Part shown: piece after piece, positions 12,700-26,616 of the stretch
Numbering within the stretch: the first letter of the stretch is position 1
Layout: each line of letters begins with the position of its first letter
DNA from: Nageia nagi
Lineage: Eukaryota; Plantae; Pinophyta
Assembly: GCA_050084985.1 (NCBI GenBank)
Contig: JBITNC010000001.1
Span: forward strand, 67,332,001 to 67,396,000
Length of the DNA stretch: 64,000 nt
Reading direction: 5' to 3'
Notes under the pieces: generated by a model
Told to the model about the DNA's origin: nothing
Seen by the model: the letters and a program-made list of their open reading frames with translations, nothing else
Databases searched by the model: none
Program-made: the position numbers and the translations under genes

Positions 12700-15600
12700 G
12701 GTCATTAATATGTAGTTCAATTTGTTGAAGTATTTGATTCATTGCATACCTGTGATCTTTAAATTATTGTAACAAATAAAAAAAGATAGTTTCACTTTTG
12801 AATTCTTTAATTGTTGTTGTAATGCACCTTTTACTGAGACCTTAGGAGGTTGAGGTCTAGGTATCAAGGGTGGCATATGAATCCTATTTTATTGATAATT
12901 TGATATACCATTTTATTTCCCTTTGGCTCTTTGAGCTCTTGTAGCAACACTTATCATGGAAATAAAACTTGTACCATTAGGGTCCCACATATGTGTTACC
13001 TATTTTTCATTTGTATTCAAAGAAATGTTATTGGTAGGATGGTGTGGAAGAAGGTTTTGATAGATTCCTAGATCTTTATTAGGAGTGGCAATAGGATTAT
13101 CCACTTCCAAATTTCCACTTTCAATCAAGTCTTGAACTATATTCTTCAAGGTCCTACACTTATTTGTATCATGACCCCTATGATGATTGTAATCACAAAT
13201 TTTCTCTTCTTTATACCATTTACTCTCTTTAGTTTGAATACTTTCTAGTCTCATGTAAGGTAGGATGATTAAGTTATGATCCAATGACTTTTTCAAAACT
13301 TCATAAAGAGATTATGACAAAGGTGTGTACTTTCTTCTTGGCCTATGTTCCCTTTTAGCCTTTTGTGTTTGTGTTGGTTCATTTTATTCTACAATGGAGA
13401 CCTTATTTACTAATAATTGTTTATCCATTTGAGTTTTATTTTTTGTATAACCTTCACATTTTTTACCCTTTATTTATGCATCTTGAATTTTCACTCTTTT
13501 GATAACAACTACTTAATAAATAGCATATTCAAAGGTATTATGTTGTTGGATACTAGCAATAGGCCTTAAACAACTTTGATGGAATAATTTGACCAACTCT
13601 TCTTGAGGCAAAGTATAATGCATACTTGTCAACACAACTCTCCATCATGGAACAAAATTGTTGATTAATTCATCTAGGAATTGCTATAACCTTGTAAGAT
13701 CAGTAATAGATGTTCTATCCTTAACATTAATAATGAAATATTGTAGAAACAAGTTTTCTAACTAAGAATATGATTTGATGTTATGTTCAGGAAAGTTGTT
13801 GTACCAATCCATGGCTTATCTGGCAAGAGTCATCAAAAATACATGTAGCATTAATGCATCATCATTAGAAATCAAATAGCTTGAATAGTTGAACCTTCTC
13901 ATATGCTCTTTAGGATCTTCTTTGCCTTTAAAAGGTTCAATATTACGTATCTTAAACTTATAAGGAATGTCTTTTTTTAGAATACTAGGATGTATTGGAT
14001 CACCGCAAATGGTTTCATATGAAAATTCTTCTTCTCTTGCATGAGTAACTTCTCTTCTATTTATTTTAATCTTTTCACAAGATTACTATCTTCCTTTGTT
14101 ACCCTTTCTAATGGTTGGGTCTCTTCCTGAAGATAATCTACATCTTCAAGATTATTCTCTTGTTGATATCCTAGGGAAGGCTCATATTATTGTTCATAAT
14201 AACCTTGATCATAAGGTACTATTTTTTGTTGAAGTTGTTGAATTTGTTGAGGAGCTTCAAGAATATATGATGAATAAGGGACTTGATACTCTTATTGTCT
14301 ATCCTTTGGTTGAGGATGCTAATAAGTAAATCGATAATTTTATGGCCTAACCTATGGTTGAGGCTACTAATATGTAACTTGATAATTTTTTGGCCTAACC
14401 TATGGTTTAGGATTTTGATATGAAGCTTGATAATCTTACATCCGAACCTATGGTTGAGGCTATTGGGGAATTCTAGGAGGATGTTGTTGATGAGGCACCT
14501 AGTAATTTAGTTATCTATTTTGTAGTCGAGGAGTAATTCCTTGACCTTGATCTTTCTTATTTTTCAATATAAATTCTTTTTTTCTAGCAAGATAAGGATC
14601 TTGATACACCCCATGTCCTTGAGGTGATAATGATGAAGGTTTAGGAGATTTCACTTTAACCCTAGGGGATGGTGACCTTGTTTTAGTTTGAGTTGGTTTG
14701 CTTATGTTATGACCTATACTAGTCTGACCTTGATACATAGGTTGCTTACCTTTTTGTTGAATGTCTATGATTTCTATTTGTTGTTGTATATGTGGTATTA
14801 TTGAAGTTTAAACTTGCTATGGCATACATAAAGTGTATTGCACTTGAGCTAAGTCTTGAGGATGAACTTGCTATTGGAAATTTAAGGCTTGCATAGGAGA
14901 CTATGGATTCCACATGTTTTGAGTTGGAGTTTGATATTATTAAGTGAATCTTTTTAATTCCTTCATTTGCATAGCTTGGTTAAAGGTTTGGTCATATTAT
15001 TGTAAATTGCATTGGTGATATTCCCTTGATATATAAGCATACTTTTAAGATGTCCCATTTTTTATGTATATATGAAGGGATTATTTATAACCAACATTGT
15101 GATCTAATTGAGTTAGGTGGTCTTTGTTGAGGTAGATTCTCAATCCTTATGATTTGTGACTACTGCTGAGTCAATGGTTCAACTCTCATCATGGGAGGTG
15201 TTTCACATGGATTCAATATTCAAAAAGGGTTATAGGATACATTGAATCCATCTAAATTCTATTACACAAGATTTCCTAAATGTATAGAAACCTTAATGTA
15301 TTCTTCTTTCATTTCTCTAGATATTATGGAAGGTGAATAATATGACCTTCTTATGTATTTGAAACCTAATGATCTATCCAAGTTACAATTTTTGACATGA
15401 GTAAACTTAGGCCTTAAAGGCCCTCATTGCAATATAGAATCAACCATATGTATACCCAAAGGAAACTCTATTTAATCCAACTCATTTAAGTTGCTTGGTA
15501 TTGGTGGTGTATCTAATGGTAGTTCATATAATTTATAATGTTTTCCATATGGAGAAACACTATGTATATGAGGAGAGGATGGAGGTATTCTTAATTTCAT

Positions 15601-15896
15601 TAAATGTTCTCTAGCCTTTATTAACACATAATTTTATTCAATTTTTTTATTTGTTAAGTCTGCATGTGGTGTGAAGTTTCTAGGTTTTGATATTGATCTA
15701 ATTCCTCAAAATATTATTCTTAAAATATGGAGTCAATATTGATCTAATTTTGAAGTAAATATTCCATAATTTATTCTCAAGGTGTTTGTGTTTGTGAAGG
15801 AATCCTACTAAGTCCAACACTACTTCCTTCACCTAGATCAAATGTACTTTGAGATACTTGTTCTTCTCAAGCCTTTTGAGAATGAGTTTGGACCAT
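12700..15896 (-). pseudogene. gag with long Gln/Pro-rich N-terminal region
   Basis: Likely start MVQTHSQK at 15896. Retrotrans_gag core FKGKEDPKEHMRRF...AMDWYNNFPEHNIKSY (13730-13960) and knuckle CDYNHHRGHDTNKC (~13150-13200). Confidence 0.8.
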
Positions 15897-18763
15897 TGTT
15901 TTTGTTTTAGTTTAAACTATACTAACAAATAAAAACAACTAATTATAACCATACTTTTTATCTTTTATTTTTATGTTTTACAAAAAAATAAAAGATGCAC
16001 AAACATCCTACATGAATTTTCACTTTTTGATGTGTTTATCTTTATTAATATTTTGAACAAATTTGATTAATATTAATTATGTGTATGATATGAATGAATT
16101 ATTTTCAATTTTTTTTTTATTTTTTGTAAACTTTATTTTCTATTCATGTGTTTATCAAAGGTAGGCTGGTAATCCTAAAAAGATATCTATGGCAAAGTCA
16201 CAACTTGGTACTTAAGGTGGTCCCCTTAGGAATGTCGTTGAGTTCTACCTTGATGATTAAATCCAAGTGTATTCCCTTTTTTATAGTCTTCCAAAAACAA
16301 ATTATGACTTATACCCTAAGAATATAGTGTTCGTCTCTAGTTTTAGGCTCCAAGGCTTATGATTTGGATTGGTGAATACTCTAGAATATAAGAATAAATG
16401 GTTGGTAATTATATCCAACTCATTGATGTTCATTTTAAAAATACACATGACTATGCATCTAATAAACAAAAGTATATATGATATGCGAACTTATCCCTTA
16501 CCAACATACATGTTTATTAATTATTTTACTTTAATGTGATAGAAAATAATGTTTTCTAATACATGATGTATGAATTGTTTAAGTCAAGGATCACTCCCAA
16601 CATTCAAGAATGAAAATGAGTGATGTAGGAGTTTAGTAATATTGTGGATGATTTTTGTTGTAATATATAATGAATTGATCTTATTTTATCTCTATGATCA
16701 CCTTGAAACTTCCTAGTTAAGGCTCATTAAAGTTAGAAGAAGGAAGCAATGAGTATGATTCTAGTGCTCTGTTGTGAGTTGTCACTAAGCAAGACTTTTT
16801 TGAGATTGGATATTTCCTAGATGAAAAGGTCAATGTATATATGGTCTTCATAATTAATCTAATATTTTAGTGTATTATTATATTTGAATAAGCAATAATA
16901 TCTAAAATAAATCTTGTAGTAAGTAGGATAAGTGAAAATGAAATATTCCTTAAAATTTGGCTCAAGACTACACAATTTGTAGATACATGAGTGTTAATGA
17001 TATGTAAAAATCAAATAATTTTTATAATAATCATTAATAATTTTATTATGAAAATTTTTACATGATTTACCACTATTAAATGATCAATCCTTTATATTAT
17101 TAATATAATAATCTAAAATATATTAAATGGTTCATATTATTGGGATGATGAGTTCTTCACCTTTTATCAAATGATTTTGGACCTTTAATAGTATTATCCC
17201 ACCCTTGCCCAACTTTGGAGATAAATTACCTTGCATATTAGATAACAATAGACCACCAACTTAGGTGAGAGGGTGTTATTTGCCTCCTCCTAAAAGGATT
17301 AACTTCCCCATGGTCAAATAAGAATGATAAATTATTAAAAAGTGAAATGTCAAAAAGGAGATGTCTATTTTGTTAATCTATGTGCTTAAGGTGAAACCAA
17401 TCAAAATATTTTAGTAGCTATCTCAAATTTGTTTAAGGCCTCATAGATATTTTATTATGAAACAATTGTATGAATTTGAATCTTATTTTTTGAACACTTT
17501 AAACAAATCAAAATTAAGAACAAAACTTTTAATGCACCAAATAAAATGAAAATCTAATATAATATTTTATTAAAAAGTAGAAAATGAAGTTAAATATTTA
17601 AGAAAATAAACAAAAATGGTGCAAGCTATGCATTCTCTAGATTTAACTCTTCTAAATTTGAAATTATTCTTTACTTGATCCAAAATTAATTGGTTTACAA
17701 GTACTAGTAAAAGTATAACTAAAATAAGAGGAAATGTTTAAACACATATTTTGTATTGAATTTCATAGAAGTACATGATCTAAAATATATTTTTGGCTTA
17801 GCCTTAAGAGAAGTCACCAAAGATAATTATCCCTAAGCTAAAGCATAAAAAAAGTGCTCAACACTATTATAGAGAATGATAAATTCAAATTTTTTCCAAT
17901 AGAATTAATATGGGAAGGAACTTAGCAAAGAAGATTTTGGTAATCAACTTTCAACAACCCTTACAATGATCATTTAATATGCTTATGTAACCTTCATTTT
18001 TTACTTAGATGCAACTAGGATTCATAGCATTCAATGCAAAGACTACTAGATTTTAATTAATTATATTTTAGACAACTGAGTGAACTTCTCTTATTGTAGG
18101 GTCTATCAACATTGTAAATCTTATTGACATGTGATATGACTAGCATCTTCAATCAATAATATGATCTTAGCATTAAATTTTTATGAGATCTTTTTCTTTC
18201 TAGAATGTTCAAAAGTTTAGTGAACTTATTCTCTAGATGTCTATCAACTTTAATAAATTCCTGATTTTTCTTCTTAATAATCAATTTTTATTTACAATTG
18301 AATTTAAAAATTCAATTTTGTTGGCATTCAGTTCTCTTTTTGATGTAATTCTATCACATCTTGTTTTTATTATCATAATCAAAATTTTAATCTTGTGCAT
18401 TTATTTCCAAGATATCTACAACTAATTAAAAGAAATATTAGCTAAATAAAAATAAAAATAAATGTTTATTTCTCTATATTTTATTTAGTATTCACTACAA
18501 TCCTTGTAAGTAGTATCCTTGATAACTCAATTACTAATATATATCCACAATCCATGTTTATATATTAATTGATAAACAAGAGTTGATCAATCCTAACTAT
18601 AGGGCCTTGTGATATTTTGAAATACTAATTAAAGAATGTACAATGCAAAAAAAATATTTTTCCTATGCAAGCTAAAAGTAAAAGTGAACAATAGGACATG
18701 CAATCTAGTGTTGCAAGATCTCTAATGGTAGCATCCATTGCTAAGGAGGGAAATCAATACCTA

Positions 18764-18900
18764 AAATGCATGAATGATTATTATCATATTACACCCATAA
18801 TGAAACACTATACATGTATGGTTAACCCTTTTGACCTTGTTGGCATCTAGATGAAGCAAAATGATATTAAAAATAGTGTGCTAATAAAATGTGATGCAAT
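18764..18900 (+). pseudogene. PPR fragment (S2/E1 boundary)
   Basis: KCMNDYYHITPIMKHYTCMVNPFDLVG..LDEA matches the PLS-PPR consensus MxxxYxIxPxxEHYxCMVDLLGRAGxLDEA. Confidence 0.7.
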
Positions 18901-20211
18901 CTAGAAATCAAATTTGTTTTTTGAAGCTTCCAACTTACCTACTTATTTCTCTTTATCTATTTCTACTTTCTAACCTTTTATTAAAAACATGAAGTAGCCT
19001 AGTAGCCTATGCATGAAGCATAATTCACCTTACCTGAAGTGCAGTGTGCCTCTCCTTTGTACCAGGTGTAGTGCACCTAAAAATAGAGCCAAATGGGCTA
19101 TTCTTAGCATATGCAGGACTATGATTTTTTATCTTCTAATTTAGATTAGATGTTTCTATTTTGGATGTTAGTTTTGCCTAGTTATTTTTTAGCATGTCAG
19201 GATATAATTAAAATATCTAGTTAGCTTTTTGGATTAAATTGTAACAAGTTGTGATCATGTAACTTGAGTTTATATTTAATACAGTCTATTTTTAGGTTTG
19301 TCCAAAACCTATATATGTAAGGATTTTTATTTTTAAATTAATGAAAGTAGGATACTTCTGAGCTATTTTGAAAAATAAGAACTAGGGTATAACATTCTTA
19401 ATTACTTTTTCATAAAGAACTAAGCTTCGTTATTTCTGATGACCCACTTGTTGGAAGTGTGACCTTTCTTATCAAAAGCCTTTTCAACCAATGTTGAAAT
19501 CTCTTTATATAACCCAAACAACTAACAATAATGAGGGAGCACATAATTTTTAGAGGGTACGTCTATCCTATGCATCATTCAAGGGATAAATATTGATAAT
19601 TCCAAAAGATATTTTACATACTTTTAGCAAAATATAGATTTCATGATGAGCAGAGTTAGTTCCCCAGGTGATAAGATTATCTTCCCAATTATCAGCTAAT
19701 AGAATGACAATGCCTCAATTACCATGAGGGTGATTAATTGTGTACATGTGGTTTCCAAACCAAAAAAGAGAGCATGAAGATTGAAGGGTAAAATCAACTA
19801 CTTTAACTTCTTGCAAACAAATAAAATCAAAATGACCATAAATGTATAGTAACCATGGCAAAATCATCATTGTTTAAAACTTTATTTTTTGAGTAAAAGA
19901 CACTTTTATATGAAATCTTAAAAAGTCCATTTTGTAGATTCTTATGTATTTATCATAGATCTGTTATGTGATCATCATATATATCTTATTCACCTAAATG
20001 TGTTCTTCAATGTTCTAAAATTATCTTTCTTTTCCTCATAATCTAATCTTGTGATAGATCCAGAGATTTATTTTGGAATGTTTAAAACTTAAATGATTTA
20101 TATATGTAATTTAGGTGATATTGGTAGTATTTATAATTTTTTTGTATTTTTGAGGCAAATAACTATGAAAGTAAAGGTTGATCATATGGGCGATTCATGA
20201 TTAGCATTAAA

Positions 20212-21523
20212 TTTTTTTTTTTTTTGGTGATGGGATACATAAAATTAATACCCACCTGTATGTTTTAGGGCTAATGGCACCCCTTTTGAGGGTCCAAGAA
20301 TTAATTGTCTAGGGAAAATACTAGTACCATTAGATTGGGTCCATCACCCCTCTAACATTACAAGGAAAAAATCATTTTGGTAGGTCTATGAGCATACCTC
20401 CATTTTACTCGTTGACATGATCAAGATTGGAAAGCATTTAAAAAGAGTTACTCGCAAAACTTTCCTAAGCATTATGGAGGAAACTAGTTTGCCTACGCCA
20501 ATCTACCTAAGCTAGAATAATTTCTTGAGAAGGGCTACGAGACCACTAACCTTCTACTCAGGTGTGAGACCCTTATACAGCCTCTATTTGTTCAATGAAT
20601 AAAGACACAAGGAGGAGTCCCTCTTCATTAGGAAGGTCTCATGATTCCGTCAAGAAAGATGAGGCTCGCAAAGAAGGAGCTTGTAAATCCAACAAAGGCT
20701 TGAGGGCTATTACTTAGATGTAAATCGAATACGATTGACCCATATTTCCTATCTTTTTCGCATTTCCTTTCTTTTTAGACACTATTTTCCACTCCTCCTA
20801 GTTCCCTCTAGTGGGTTGAACTTGAGTGGTAGGACATGGAACAGAAGGAGATGAACTTTTGGCTTTAAATTTTTCTACCATTAGGGGGAAATCTTTAATT
20901 TTGTGAACAATTGATTGACACCTATAATAGGTGTTGGGGAGGTTGACATACATCACCAGGTGGCATAAATGGGTATCCCTCATCTAAATATCAATATACT
21001 CTCTTAGATATTTTGCAAGATTAACTTTAACATATATTTGGTAGGTTGGTTGAGCTACATGGAAAAAGACCAATTCATCATAAAGAAAATATCTTATAAG
21101 AGAAGCCAAATTTCACAAGAAGGACCACACAACCAAAGGGAGTCCTAGGAAATTAACCCACACTAGGATAAAAAGTGAGACATCATTAGAGACATTGAAA
21201 TCCCTAGACCATGTCTGGAAGACTATAAGGGTGCTATGGAAATAAAATGGGCCTTTTGTTGAGAACTTAATGTTGAACTTTCGTAGGTTCAGAAAAATGA
21301 AAATGGAAAAAACCTTTTGTAAGGTTTTCCAAATGCTCAACCTAGATGTCGTAAGGGTGCCAATATTGTTCTATCTAGTTCTTAAGAATAGAATCGAAGG
21401 GGATATGTTTGAGGAAATAACCTATTAAGGTGTAGCTTTTAAGCCACTCGCAGACTTGATTAAAGTCATTCACATGAATAACAAAGTTAGGAGAGGAATT
21501 ACCTTGTAGAACACCTTAGGGAT
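20212..21523 (-). mobile_element. Non-autonomous L1 derivative: ORF1 (DUF4283 + zinc knuckle) directly followed by a poly(A) tail, copy 1
   Basis: T14 at 20212-20225. Minus strand reads KGPFYFHSTLIVFQTWSRDF, VWVNFLGLPLVVW, IYVKVNLAKYL, YVNLPNTYYRCQSIVHKIKDFP. No EN or RT motifs lie between ORF1 and the tail. Confidence 0.75.
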
Positions 21524-21619
21524 TGTTTGATATATAATACAAAGATAAGAAATCTCCCACACTTTCTTAAAAAGAATGGTACGAAAAATCTGAAAATTCT
21601 AACAGTACATGCAGCTCGG

Positions 21620-22480
21620 CTCTTTTATCCTCTACTGAACATGTCAGCTATTGATTTGAAAGGAGGAGGATTTTTGGGGTATCAACGGCTTATCCATAGC
21701 TATTTCTCCGCATAGCTCCCATTATGATGGATATTTTTTGTGATCTTTATCTGTTGTGAGGGTGGGTAAGCGTTATATATCATCGCTCGTTGGATTAAAA
21801 GATTGGTCATTTCAATCTATTGTGTGGGATGTGCTCCATGTCTTGGCATTGTCGACAAGGGGGAATGGCTTGTATGCCTTCACAACTTCGCTGGATTGTA
21901 GGGGCTCCACATGTCTCCCATCGCTGGCATTTGCTTGCGTGAAGCACTCACGTGTAGCCCCTCGTTTCCTCATGAAATCCTTGCGGAAATGCGAGGGCTT
22001 CACATCCTCCGATTGGTTAACTCTTTGGAATCTCTATGCATTCACGAGATACAACCAGAATTTACATCTATCATTGAAAAACATCCACTCTTTAAGAGAC
22101 TCTATGCATGCTTGGGATTTAGAGTTCTGGTTGTTGTCACATTATTCACAGATTCTATTGTGGGAGAAGTGTTTGGAGAGATATTCTGGGGAGGATAATT
22201 CGGATTAGAATAGGAAGGGATAATCTCCTTCGTTCAACTTGGATTAGGAAGAAAGCATCAGGTTCGCATGTTTGAACTTCAGAACTTTGAACGATGTTAC
22301 GTTGAAGACCCCATTCTCAAATTCATTTCAAACATGGCAAATGTTTTTGGACATAGGATTTACTCATTCCTCATGGGAATTCAACAGATCACCATTTCGA
22401 AGAGGACAAATCGACAGAGTGGGTGTTTTCAAGAATGGCATTTGATCGAATATAAGCTCAGATTGTTCTGTGCTCCCACA
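21620..22480 (-). pseudogene. CpG-retaining exon-like segment of unknown origin (partial copies at ~26850-27260 and ~47500-47915)
   Basis: More GC and CpG than the flanks. One minus frame is mostly open (EQSELIFDQMPF...VKPSHFRKDFMRKRGATRECFTQANASDGRHVEPLQSSEVVK), with a possible acceptor cacag at ~22470. The product is not recognised. Confidence 0.35.
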
Positions 22481-24689
22481 ACATTACAACATATATTATC
22501 TTATACATTTTTGAGAATAGTGAAAGAGCATTGCTTACATCTTTTTATTTTTTGAAGTATTAATCATAAGATTCATTAATTGGTTGGTCAGTTTTACTAA
22601 GATTCTTATTTAGAATCTAGTGGATTTCATTATTGTGTAGTACAATCAATAGGATATAATTTTATTAAATTACTATAGATTGATTTTTTTTTTCTAAGGA
22701 TAATGTTTTCAATTGCATTGAAGATGGTGATAACAATGCCTATTTGTTTGCATAGATTAGAGTAGACTATTTCAGATTTTACAATTTTTTTTTTATTCAT
22801 AGTTTAGTTAGAATTATATATTTTCTATGAATAAACATATATAACATAGTATTACCATAAATTTGTGAGAATTTTATATTGACAATCAATATGGGATTAA
22901 AAACTCTTATCATCTATAGTGTATTTTAAAGCATCTTAAATAAAATCTATATTTATCTATTTATTTTATAGTTTATATTAACATAGTCATAACTTTAATA
23001 TTTATATCTATTATAGTTTTATTGATTTTAGAAGAATGAATCCTCCTCTTCTTTCTTCTACTTGAAAATTTAGTTTTTGAGAATAGAGGAGATGAAGTTG
23101 GTTTAACTTAATTTTGTTTATTAAAGTATAAAAATTAAATTATATTTAAGTTCAAAATTGTAATTTAGAAATATATTAATGTCCATTGGTGATCAAAGAT
23201 TGGGACTTTAAGGTACTTAGACTTTACAAAACAACAACAAATAAAAACAAAAATAAATGAATAGTGTAATACATGATGTATGAATTGTTTAAGTCAAGGA
23301 TCACTCCCAACATTCAAGGATGAAAATAAGTGACTGATGTAGGAGTTGAGTAATATTGTGGATGATTTTTGTTGTAGTCTATGATAAATTGATCTTATTT
23401 TATCTCTATGATCACCCTGACACTTCCTAGTTGAGGCTCATTGAAGTTAGAAGAAGGAAGCGATGAGTATGATTCTAGTGCTCTGTTGTGAGTTGTTACT
23501 AAGCAAGACTCTTTTGAGATTGGATATTTCCTAGATGAAAAGGGCAATGTATATGTGGTCTTCATAATTAATCTAAGATTTTAGTGTATTATGGTATTTG
23601 AATAAGCAATAATATCTACCACAAATCTTATAGTAGGTAGGATAAGTGAAAATGAAATATTCCTTAAATTCTAGCTCAAGACTACACAATTTGTAGATAC
23701 ATGAGTGTTGATGATATGTAAAAATCAAATAATTTTTATAATAATCATTGATAATTTTATTATGAAATTTTTTACATGATTTACCACTATTAAATGATCA
23801 ATCCTTTATATTATTAATATAATAATCTAAAATATATTAAATGGTTCATATTGTTGGGATGATGGTTTCTTCACCTATTATCAAATGATTTTTAGAGGGT
23901 GCATCTATCATATGCATCATTCAAGGCATAAATATTGATAATTCCAAAAGATATTTTACATGCTTCTAGCAAAATATAGATTGCATGATGAGCAGAGTTA
24001 GTTCCCCAATTGATAAGATTATCTTCCCAATTATCAACTAATAGAATGACAATGCCTCAATTACCATGAGGGCAAATAATGGTGTACATCTGGTTTCTAG
24101 ACCAAAAAGAGAGCATGAAGATTGAAGGGTAAAATCAACTACTTTAACTTCTTGCAAACAAATAAAATCAAGATGACCATAAATGTTGGAACAAGAAACA
24201 AATTCATCACAGACCATGTACCATCTAGGGTCATTCCTAAGGGTTGGCCCGATAAAAAAACTTATAGAAACTAGGGCAAATTAGTTTCAAAATTTGGGCA
24301 AAAATAGTCCAAAGTTGTATAGTAACCATGGCAAAATCATCATTGTTTAAAAATTTATTTGTAGAGTAAAAGGCAATTTTATATGAAATCTTAAAAAATT
24401 CCATTTTATAGATCCTTATGCGGTTATCATAGATCTCTTATGTGATCATTGTATATATCTTATACGTTCACCTCCATGTGTTCTTCAATCTTCTAAAATT
24501 ATGTCTTGATTTCTCATAATCTAATCTTACATCAGATGCAAAGATTTATTTTGGAATGTTTAAAACTAAAATGATTTATACATGTAATTTAGGTGATATT
24601 AATGGTATTTATAAATTTATTTTTTCTTTTTGAGGCAAATAACTATGAAAGTAAAGGTTGACCATATGGGCGATTAATGATTAGAATTA

Positions 24690-25988
24690 ATTTTTTTTTT
24701 TTTTGGTGATGGGATACAAAAAATTAATACCCACCCATAAGTTTAAGGGTTAATGGCACCCCTTTCGAGGGTCCAAGAATTAATCATCTAAGAAAAATAC
24801 TAGTACCATTAGATTGGGTCCATCACCCCTCTAACATTACAAGGAAAAAATCATTTTGGCAGGTCTATGAGCATACCTTCATTTTCCTCATTAACATGAT
24901 TAAGATTGGAAACCATTTAAAAAGAGTTACTCGTAAAACTTTCCTAAGCATTATGGGGGAAACCAATTTGCCTATGCCAATCTACCTAAGCTAGAATAAT
25001 TCCTTGAGAAGGGCTATGGGACCACTAACCTTATACTCAAGTGTGAAACCCTTAAGCTACCTCTAATTGTTCAATGACTAAAGACATAAGGGGGAGTCCC
25101 TCTTCATTAGGAAGGTCTTGTGATTTTATCAAGAAAGATGAGGTTGGCGGAGAAGGAACTTGTAAATCCAATAGAGGCTTGAGGGCTATCACTTAGGTGT
25201 AAATCAAATAGGATTGACCCATATTTCCTATCTTTTCCCCTTTTCCTTTCTTGTTAGACACTATTTTCAACTCCTCCTAGTTCCCTCTAGTGGGTTGAAC
25301 TTGAGTGGTGGGAGATGGAGTAGAAGGAGATGACCCTTTGGCTTTAAATTTTTCTACCATTAGGGGAAATATTTAATTCTATGAGCAATCAATTGACACC
25401 TATAATAGGTGTTGGGGAGGTTTACATACACTACCAGGTGGCATAAATGGGTATCCTTCATCTAAATATCACTATACACTCTTAGATATTTTGCAAGATT
25501 AACTTTAACATATATTTGGTAGGTTGGTTGAGCTACATGGAAATATACCAATTCATCACAAAGAAAATATCTTATAAGAGAAGCCAAATTTCACAAGAAG
25601 GACCACACAACCAAAGGGAGTCTTAGGAAATTAACCCACACTAGGATAATAAGTGAGACATCATTAGAGACATTGAAATCCCTAGACCATGTCTAGAACA
25701 CAATAAGGGTGCTATGGAAATAAAATGGGCCTTTTGTTGAGAACTTAATGTTAAACTTTCATAGGTTTTGAAAAAAACCTTTTGTAAGGTTTTAAACATG
25801 CTCGACCTGGATGTCGTAAGGATGCCAATATTGTTCTATCTAGTTCTTAAGAATAGAATCAAAGGGGATATGTTCAAGGAAATAACCTATTAAGGTGTAG
25901 CTTTTAAGCCATTCACAGACTTGATTAAAGTCATTCACATGAATAACAAGGTTAGGAGAGGAATTACCTTATGTAACACCTTAGGGAT
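24690..25988 (-). mobile_element. ORF1-only L1 derivative, copy 2
   Basis: Colinear duplicate of 20212-21523 with the same flank and a poly(T) at 24690-24704. Confidence 0.75.
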
Positions 25989-26616
25989 TGTTTGGTATAT
26001 ATAGATTCAAGCAAAATATATATGCAAAATAAAACTTGCAAAAGTAAGTAAAACAAATAACCAAGTACAATCACATAAGAGATTAACACGATATTTAACG
26101 AGGTTCACCCAATGTGGGCTACATCTTCCAAGAAACTACTAATCAAATCTTTATCAGAATCCAAAAATTACAATCTGCATCAACCATGATTCACTATCTC
26201 CTTAGTCTCTCACAAGCTCTCTATCAAACTCTTGTATGCTCAAACCCTAGCACAACTCTAATACAATGATATTTTCTTCATATGAAATCCTCTTATATAA
26301 TAGAGAATACAATTTGTGACCTAAATATAAATGGTCCAGATTCACCATTAAACATAATTGCTCCTAAAAATAATTTTTACAAGAAAAATGCTATTTCTAA
26401 AAAATGACTAAAAATAGCCCGAAAAATTTTGCTCGACCATTGGTCAAGGTCATTCGACATTGCAGATTGAGACTCATGTGCGGACAAGGGATTGTAGGGG
26501 TGCTCCATTGTACATAGCTGCACACATGTACTTTCTAGGATAACAACTCTACACTCCAACAAGGATGAACTTTTGATGGTGTTTATTTGCAATTGATGTC
26601 ATTTCTTGCTCTAACA
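25989..26616 (-). mobile_element. Ty1/copia-like LTR (solo or remnant)
   Basis: TGTT start at 25989 and candidate CTAACA end at 26616. Contains aacacgatatttaacgaggttcacccaatgtgggctacatc, a motif typical of the reverse strand of plant copia LTRs. No clear TSD, and the right boundary is uncertain. Confidence 0.55.

Larger units (their letters stand above)
4610..16555 (-). mobile_element. Ty3/gypsy LTR retrotransposon, Tat lineage (additional RNase H), decayed, 5' LTR missing
   Basis: Minus-strand domain order is gag-PR-RT-RH-aRH-INT, followed by a long 3' region, PPT and LTR. The 5' UTR is cut at ~16555 by a duplicated block. Confidence 0.9.
16556..23265. repeat. Tandem duplication unit, copy 1 (~6.7 kb)
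   Basis: The start taatacatgatgtatgaattgtttaagtcaaggatcactccc recurs at ~23268 and ~27640. Internal blocks are colinear with 23266-27638. Confidence 0.9.

Noticed and set aside
18990-19520. Possible solo LTR or MITE
   Set aside because: The composition is suggestive, but I could not identify termini, a TSD or a second copy.
21756-22208. 150-aa plus-strand ORF as a real gene
   Set aside because: It has a non-ATG start and no recognisable domain, and the frame is not conserved in the paralogous copies.
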